NCBI GenBank assembly: GCA_048128005.1
Contig: JBEUKZ010000032.1
Span: 372,001 to 436,000 of the forward strand
Reading direction: 5' to 3'
DNA length: 64,000 nt
Source: Veleropilina oligotropha
Lineage: Eukaryota
In this document: piece by piece, positions 61,998 to 64,000 of the stretch
Position numbering within the stretch: position 1 is the first letter of the stretch
Layout of the letters: every line of letters begins with the position of its first letter
Position numbers and translations under genes: made by a program
The notes under the pieces: model-generated
What the model saw: the letters and a program-made list of their open reading frames with translations, nothing else
Database searches by the model: none
Told to the model about the DNA's origin: nothing

Positions 61998-63228
61998 AGA
62001 TTATGAGAAAACTACCATTCCAACTTTTACGAAAATTGGTACACACATTCCCACGAGTATTTGTAGGTCGTGTATGTAAGTTTCGCGACACAATATTGCA
62101 AAAATATGCATTTATTAGGCACTTTTATGCATATTTGTATAAAACGTATGTCAAATAGTGCAAGCAAATAGCAATGACGTCATTACGACGTCGCTTTAGA
62201 TTAATCGTCATGTGGTGACGTCATAATCGACGGGGGAGTAAAGCCATGAAGTACTTGCACTTAGCCATTGTAACGTTATAACTGTTATGAAAATTTGACG
62301 GAAATAAAGAAAGGTCACGACATATTTCGAACGCGTCGTTCTTGTTTATATTTCACCCACCCATCGTCACTTCATTCGGCGATTCAATTGCTCTCCTCAG
62401 CATTTCAGGAGAGTTTATTACTCCTTCAAATTATTCTATATACCATCAGTGCACTGTTATACATGCATGGCTAAACATTTTTTTCGCTACAAAAACTTAA
62501 ATTGGCTCCTAATAATTGAATTTGGCTATATTCAGTTGGCTATCGATTCGAAAATGCTAGGTCAGTCCCTGCTTACCGGCCATGGCGGCTTGGTGGTTAG
62601 CGCGTTGGACAAACTGGGGCTGTTAGATGCGAGTTCAACTCTTATAAATGGCCTGCATGGTTTATTCTATCATTAGAAGTAACAGAAGGGATGGCTGAAA
62701 AATCATTTTCTCGCCTTACGAATGAAGATGTTAAATAGACGGATGATTGCAAAATTGTAAAGATGTGGTCGTGAAAGTAGCCAATTTCATTTTGCTTTTT
62801 TAGGCAGTAAGCATGATAATAAAACAATATATATATTATTTAAATAAAATATCGATGAAGGGTTAGGATTGTAATTATAACCGTTTGAAGCACATTTTAT
62901 AGTTATTGTTTATACAACGGTATGGTTCACTTCTGCAAGACTGTTTTTATACATCTTTTGTCTGCCAATACTGTGTAGCGGCTGTATTCTACCCTGTAGA
63001 CCATTGTTTGTGTATATCCTATTTGTATTTTTCAGATGTCAAGAAGTGTCAGAGCTACTATTACATGAAACATCTCGTTATCGACGGTTGGATGCTGTCC
63101 GCAAAATCTTTCACAACGCATACACAAACACGATAACACTGCGCTATGTACCGGAGAGTGGAACTTCATTTCTTAACCAATTCGCCGAAAAAGTGGGAAT
63201 ACGACCAGGTCGAAATACAGTGGTGTAA
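14046..63228 (+). CDS. MTMR14: Myotubularin-related protein 14 (phosphoinositide 3-phosphatase), 19 exons, 603 aa
   Basis: Exons 14046-14156, 18323-18379, 18851-18945, 27197-27305, 28755-28830, 30269-30311, 31199-31315, 36904-36977, 37678-37748, 38146-38223, 46875-46938, 47579-47741, 47954-47990, 48289-48350, 49179-49240, 49416-49557, 53157-53324, 54184-54273, 63036-63228. All introns GT-AG, phases consistent, total 1812 nt. Motifs ARCRARFVVPVI, ICDLMVEKKKVKFGM, catalytic VHCISGWDRT, GSWQII, FAEKVGIR. Confidence 0.95.
16756..17851. mobile_element. MITE with TA TSD (Tc1/mariner-like)
   Basis: TA-CTGTAAATCATGAAAATTTCGCG ... CGCGAAAATATTATGATTTACAG-TA terminal inverted repeats. Confidence 0.8.
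20213..22432 (+). CDS. DIRS gag-like ORF1
   Basis: N-terminal Cys/His cluster (CSVFEC...DKHSECTFHRVC...CGHC), long low-complexity middle, LGNAVLLRRDACL, LRCVPL...LFG. Confidence 0.85.
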   Translation: MKHCSVFECRQKIRGFDKHSECTFHRVCSSDKDHPCGHCVTLTSRQWETLFPSEKTTRVSSSEGASTEKLQRLETGFNPSLSLSDPLDGSRGGPDDTSETLGKVPESSGSQIQVRDRVPTDTSPLGLVTAAQSILPASEIHRAPRRKAVQGRQNLTSPPASEEQGSVSPSVSQVTSEKRRRRLAEKVDTVAGHHDRGRSPRRSTQPVLSSDNGASLKANIATVGAHESDGRPTSSDGSFQDVPGGVVGSAAFGAEAYGGYTPVPHPSRVTDPYGLWSQSYGSLAPFNAPPGRFPGSGFPTGNPSPWYSAPPVRAARPPCATVTSSGPMAVGPTSVMPPGFSLESVQAMIAMEVEARCRSWQPATQPPQVPTSLTVTPGSAHASVMEVDPHSDEDSASTHSDLPESVGPDDSCSQSGTHETISATRRRYDAVASLRGVLDLPDPALPVGFVRHRTAARRFDGPEAPLLPTLPQSGLVSLVLDSATNSIQGPKSVETSSLTEYPRGLRKGKYLRPGKRPISIGCSGACLETEPVQIDAAMRRLSASTAPSVVKVPWVAMEGFESSARRALRHASIQDFFLDGAITVLQENGPRAREIALSFLEEVAASTEHSASESARSLGNAVLLRRDACLDGTTLDDATRQSLRCVPLSASTLFGDKFPEFVEKRAADLKDRAIEKAVLATPRSTPTATSRKRSRPSRSHTPSKRVKPSPGRPAQANKPVAKKTPPTKSRQSGRGKPRP
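22119..24506 (+). CDS. DIRS reverse transcriptase / RNase H / adenine-methyltransferase-like ORF (true start uncertain)
   Basis: YYSHFFLVPKPDGRWRPILDL, SIDLTDAYLHVP, LPFGLSSAP, YLDDWL; RNase H TDAS..GWG, HINFLELEA, DNTT; MT-like VDLFAT...VDAL...YAFPP. Confidence 0.93.
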   Translation: MTPPGSLYVVYRCRPLLSSETNSPNLSRSERLTSRIAQSRRQSWLLLGARRLLPLGSARDRPGLIRLPSVLNLRRVGLLRPINLSRRKHLRRNPVRAGEGSRGPRVAGARDELSCTLPPVGACLLEYSLSWLEMTEDNWVHSVVSAGYKLAFDRHPTLDATPPPGRARLLIGEKQAVLDQAVRDLLSKRAIYPAPPSTPGYYSHFFLVPKPDGRWRPILDLSFLNQYLRTEKFKQETLSKIRTAIRPGDWAASIDLTDAYLHVPMHISAHRYLRFVHGGTIYQFRCLPFGLSSAPYVFTRVVQALGAFLHSRGHRVHMYLDDWLILGASRDQCLQSMSVTLSSAKRLGLQINNDKSCFVPSTTFIFLGVEFDTVRYTAKPTQKRIENLRAVILETKSSRITTARRLATVLGHIESVAPLLPTGRMDKRPLQQAFKDRWIQRTGQWTDRIDLRHWFNRTTAVWLNTSLPSQSVPISPPEPNAYLFTDASNEGWGGHFDSHETSGLWPTDLQGRHINFLELEAVFLSVQSLSSHLRNKHIMLATDNTTVVAYIQHQGGTRSRPLCDRAIDLHRLVMSLNSSIRARHIPGKLNVRADTLSRKTQIIHTEWTLHARVARDVCRLWSTPQVDLFATEFNHRLPLYVSPYPDPAAIAVDALSMRWENLIAYAFPPSCILAQVLRKATREDCELTLIAPLQRTQSWFPTLLDLLIDQPRALPQMADLLSQPRSRALHPSANEFHFHAWRLSRDRSLRRAFLERQPSAFTDLEGNLRQRYMTTDGKSLWIGVAGGKSIYSAPL
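22460..25402 (+). CDS. DIRS tyrosine recombinase ORF (long N-terminal part overlaps the RT ORF)
   Basis: C-terminal YR motifs ATGNRASEIHAL, FLAKTQ, CPVRALRFY, HETRAVA, FVRFYL. Confidence 0.9.
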   Translation: MHASAGGSVSVRVQPVLAGNDRGQLGSLSRECRIQVGIRPASNPRRDTTTRTRSSPDRRKTSGPRPGSAGFTLKESDLSRAAQHTRILQPLFPGPETRRPLATDPRSVVPQPVSSYREVQARNTLEDTNGHPSGRLGSVYRLNRCVPTRSDAYLGSPVPTVCSRGNDLPVQVSTVRSIVSPVRLHASSTGSRGLPTLARAQSTHVPRRLVDSRGVPGSVPPVYERYPVIGEAPGITDQQRQILLRALDDVYISRGRIRHGPVHRETDSETYREPTRSYTRNEVFTDNYSATTGHCPRAHRVGSSPVTDRSHGQTTVAAGLQGPLDTTYGTVDGSHRSTALVQSHDSSVVEHFPAEPVGSNIPPRTERLPLHGRVKRGLGRSLRQSRDIGPLAYGPSGTTHQLPRVRSRLPVSTVPLVTSPKQAHNASNGQHDCRRLHPAPGRHSLPSALRPSDRPAPPSDVTQLVNSSPTHPGEAECQSGYALSENTDYTHRVDATRPCSPRCLSPVVDASSRFIRNRIQSPTPSLCVSLPGPGRYCSRRSVNEMGESDRLRLPTVVHIGTSTTESDPRRLRVDANSTSTTNAVLVSDTSGSTHRSATSATADGRPVVSTAQSGSTPVGERVSLSRLATIERSLIKKGFSRATAQRIYRSRRQSTTKVYDYRWKKFVDWCRGRQVNIFRPPVTKFIEFLSSLLERGMSISAVKGYRSCIATTLRQCREHTRLSTDKTISDFIRPIQRVRPPAWNVLLVLNALLRGPYEPMSECSLKNLTYKTVFLTALATGNRASEIHALSGELRDIHFHTDGSVTLRTVLGFLAKTQRPDDISPEVCIRNLSMLDRNDIDRLNCPVRALRFYLDRTRDLRHGKKNLFVSHMPQFHRDIRKSTVSRWIVSVVKEIYSRSHEPERDLVSIHAHETRAVASSLAFKYNLNINEILKACYWKNANTFVRFYLHDYATTAEGEHRISFVAAGQQCITGSGSSRQ
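27450..28404 (+). mobile_element. Helentron-associated (HINE/pearl-like) non-autonomous element with internal ~115-120-bp tandem repeats
   Basis: 5' TTATGCC..hairpin..GGCATATAG, then (GTCT/GTCC)n microsatellite, tandem core repeats, and 3' GCTCTAGTT. Same family at 46222. Confidence 0.75.
29480..30216. mobile_element. Non-autonomous hAT element
   Basis: TIR TAGGGGTGTAATG / CATTACACCACTA with a perfect 8-bp TSD GTAGAAAT. Confidence 0.88.
31033..31175. repeat. Near-perfect ~140-bp palindrome (foldback element)
   Basis: ATGTTATCAG..GTGGATTCTGGCACATCG..CTCGAGTGACGTCGTAGTTTTTGCG / CGCAAAAACTACGACGTCACTCGAG..CGATGTGCCAGAATCCAC..CTGATAACAT. Confidence 0.9.
31808..33220 (-). mobile_element. Pogo/Tigger-like non-autonomous element
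   Basis: TA-CAGTCGATTCCGCTTAATAACATA / TATGTTATTAAGTGGAATCGACTG-TA TIRs. Remnant N-terminus MASKHKRNDLSLAD resembles the start of a Tigger transposase. Confidence 0.82.
34029..34865. mobile_element. Non-autonomous DNA transposon with 6-bp TSD (hAT6-like)
   Basis: TIR CAGGCATGCGATGT / ACATCGCACGCTTG flanked by ATTATG on both sides; GGTAACCTAC subterminal repeats. Confidence 0.72.
35228..35482 (+). mobile_element. tRNA-derived SINE (same family as 12585)
   Basis: GGCCGCTTCGGCAGCGCAGTGGGTAAG...GGGTTCAATACC...GGGTTTCCTCCCGC...CATTAAGCATCATTCC. Confidence 0.88.
36610..36842 (-). mobile_element. tRNA-derived SINE, related subfamily
   Basis: Reverse-complement match to the SINE family (GTTCAAGTTATGAATCACAGTTGTCC...GGGTTTACCCGGGCG). 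Confidence 0.75.
38290..38823. mobile_element. Crypton-like non-autonomous element with a 5' hairpin
   Basis: Palindrome 38297-38434, followed by TTTATCACATG, which is complementary to the distal end CATGTGATAA. Confidence 0.55.
39996..40423 (+). mobile_element. HINE/pearl-like element inserted in the degenerate DIRS
   Basis: TTATGCCACC..GGTGGCAT hairpin, (GTCC/GTCCC)n microsatellite, duplicated core, 3' GTGTCCGATGGACAC hairpin and CTAGTT. Confidence 0.72.
43945..44053 (-). mobile_element. 5' half of the tRNA-derived SINE, inserted in the degenerate DIRS
   Basis: CCTCAGCCAGGTATTGAAC...GCTGCCGAAGCGGCC, matching the head of the SINE family. Confidence 0.8.
46222..46839 (+). mobile_element. 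HINE/pearl-like element, same family as 27450
   Basis: Same 5' hairpin, GTCG/GTCT microsatellite, tandem core and GATAGCTCTAGT end. Confidence 0.75.
47112..47462. mobile_element. Crypton-like non-autonomous hairpin element
   Basis: Palindrome GGTATTCGTCGATTTGAAAGACCTGC...GCAGGTCTTTCAAATCGATGAATACC. Internal TTACACAAC is complementary to the distal GTTGTGTAA. Confidence 0.6.
48545..48782 (+). mobile_element. tRNA-derived SINE, related subfamily
   Basis: B-box GAGTTCAAACC, shared core and the 3' CATTAAGCATC end. Confidence 0.75.
48884..49122 (+). mobile_element. Degenerate SINE of a second family
   Basis: B-box GGGTTCAATTCC; 3' ATAACTGAAATATTG...TTAAACATCAA followed by a (CAT)n tail. Confidence 0.5.
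49775..50128. mobile_element. MITE with an internal 45-bp duplication
   Basis: TTTCGGTACTTCCCCACAG / CTGTGGGGAAGTACCGAAA inverted ends; direct duplication at ~49897-49991. Confidence 0.6.
50925..52905 (-). mobile_element. Crypton DNA transposon remnant (DUF3504-type tyrosine recombinase pseudogene) with terminal hairpin
   Basis: Broken minus-strand ORFs (51512-52244): KKENGQEYE, LKSQGLGNLPNRAESL, NTLWWNNTRHF.LR, YNERQTQTR, RCPVFIYKLY..LRP..PFYLA. ~140-bp palindrome at 50933-51072 centred on CGAGCGAAAGCGAG. Confidence 0.8.
53921..54135 (+). mobile_element. tRNA-derived SINE, degenerate copy
   Basis: GGTCGCTTCGACAG...GTTATGAATCACAGTTGTCCGTAACTGG... Confidence 0.7.
54281..55166 (+). repeat. 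41-bp minisatellite (~20 copies) containing a Pol III A-box
   Basis: Unit GGTACCAGTCTCAATGGCTGAGTGGTTAGCACTCCAACAGT with point variants and a few shortened units. Begins a few nt after the MTMR14 exon-18 donor. Confidence 0.92.
55730..56000 (+). mobile_element. Non-autonomous Helitron
   Basis: 5' ATCTTAATATAATGGAG with (GT)n; 3' hairpin TACCCG-GCGGAGA-CGGGTA followed by CTAG-T. Confidence 0.7.
57731..57969 (+). mobile_element. Non-autonomous Helitron
   Basis: A|TCTATACTATAA...TACCCGGCGAAGACGGGTA..CTAG|T: 5' TC, 3' hairpin and CTAG, inserted between A and T. Confidence 0.8.
58461..60365 (+). pseudogene. Decayed, internally deleted relative of the Polinton-like element (terminus, Zn-finger gene, PolB-helicase fragments)
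   Basis: AGCAGCAG-G run terminus at 58461 (repeated at 58554) and a Zn-finger homologue. Fragments DEPLAVWLLG..QLNVDQFVLQD, GTGFAEV..WFGK..GWAPTPLLAFL, IIGKFTQG, YYDGLQPQY..ASMLSYAHI..LQRFAPEEAVRVANDSIY are colinear with 3079-6750 but contain stops and frameshifts. Confidence 0.9.
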
Positions 63229-64000
63229 ATTGTATTTGTTTGATCCACTGTTTAATACGTTAATTACTAAGCGGTGTTTGTATAAATCGGTATTCATTAG
63301 TTTACCTGTCACTGACTAACAAGGACTTTGTGACACTGCGACAGGAATAATTCGGGAATTTGATAATTATCAGCGAATATCAGTTCTTGCAAATTATAAT
63401 TATAGATAGTATGTAAAAAAATGTGATAATTTTAGCAAATCTTGTGAGGAAATATTTATTGCCACAAAAATATTAGTCTGTATTTTGTGATTTTCTTGTT
63501 ATTTACCACATATTTATTTATTGGCCTTTTAATGTTTGTTTGTTTGAAGTATTGAAACTGTCATTCCACTAAAATACGAATATTTTTTATAGCACACGAT
63601 AGCCTCGATATAACGCGGTAGATGAGGTTCAACATTTGTTGATTTTATTAGCTCAGTGTCATTTGTTTCAATACCTTCTATTTATTTATTCTGTCCGACA
63701 TGCATTCGCCGTAACCAAATTATTTTGACAGTAACTTTCGATTTTGATCTAGAGCGATCTAGATGGTGCCACATGTGAGTGACTTATGACTGCTTGTCTA
63801 GTTTGTATTGTTGTGCATCCGAGATAAGCTAATGTCACTTGTTACACACTAAAATATGAAACAAATTAAATTTAAACAGGAATTTACAAATTTATTTAAA
63901 TCCCTAGTAATTTGTCATTATGATTTTCTGTAAAAATACATTAATTAATGCACACAGAATTATATTCTACACTAAATTATATTAAATTTGAGGATGTAAC

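Noticed and set aside
62575..62655. tRNA-like sequence with A- and B-box
   Set aside because: No convincing cloverleaf; more likely a decayed SINE head.

Overview
Animal genomic DNA, probably from a lophotrochozoan invertebrate (inferred from its SINE and HINE repeat types). The host content is a complete 19-exon MTMR14 (myotubularin-related 14) gene on + (14046-63228, 603 aa, all splice phases consistent), head-to-head with the first coding exon of TRMU (mitochondrial tRNA 2-thiouridylase) on -. The most unusual part is 1-8353, the right arm of an apparently intact, intronless, GC-rich Polinton/Maverick-like element. It carries a cluster of small membrane-protein ORFs, a Polinton-type DDE integrase, a Cys-rich Zn-finger ORF and a 1223-aa fusion protein: putative OTU-like region, then a divergent family-B polymerase with no recognisable exonuclease, then an SF1B (RecD/Pif1-like) helicase, then an HNH/EndoVII-like nuclease. 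The element ends in ...CCCCCCCTGCTGCT. A decayed relative at 58461-60365 begins with the matching AGCAGCAGGGGG terminus, which fixes the boundary. The MTMR14 introns also hold an intact DIRS1-type retrotransposon nested in a DNA transposon with a 5-bp TSD, a decayed second DIRS, a Crypton remnant and related hairpin elements, hAT and Tigger MITEs, Helitron/HINE elements, tRNA-derived SINEs, a ~185-bp satellite and a 41-bp minisatellite built on a Pol III A-box. All calls are from manual motif reading; no database searches were run.
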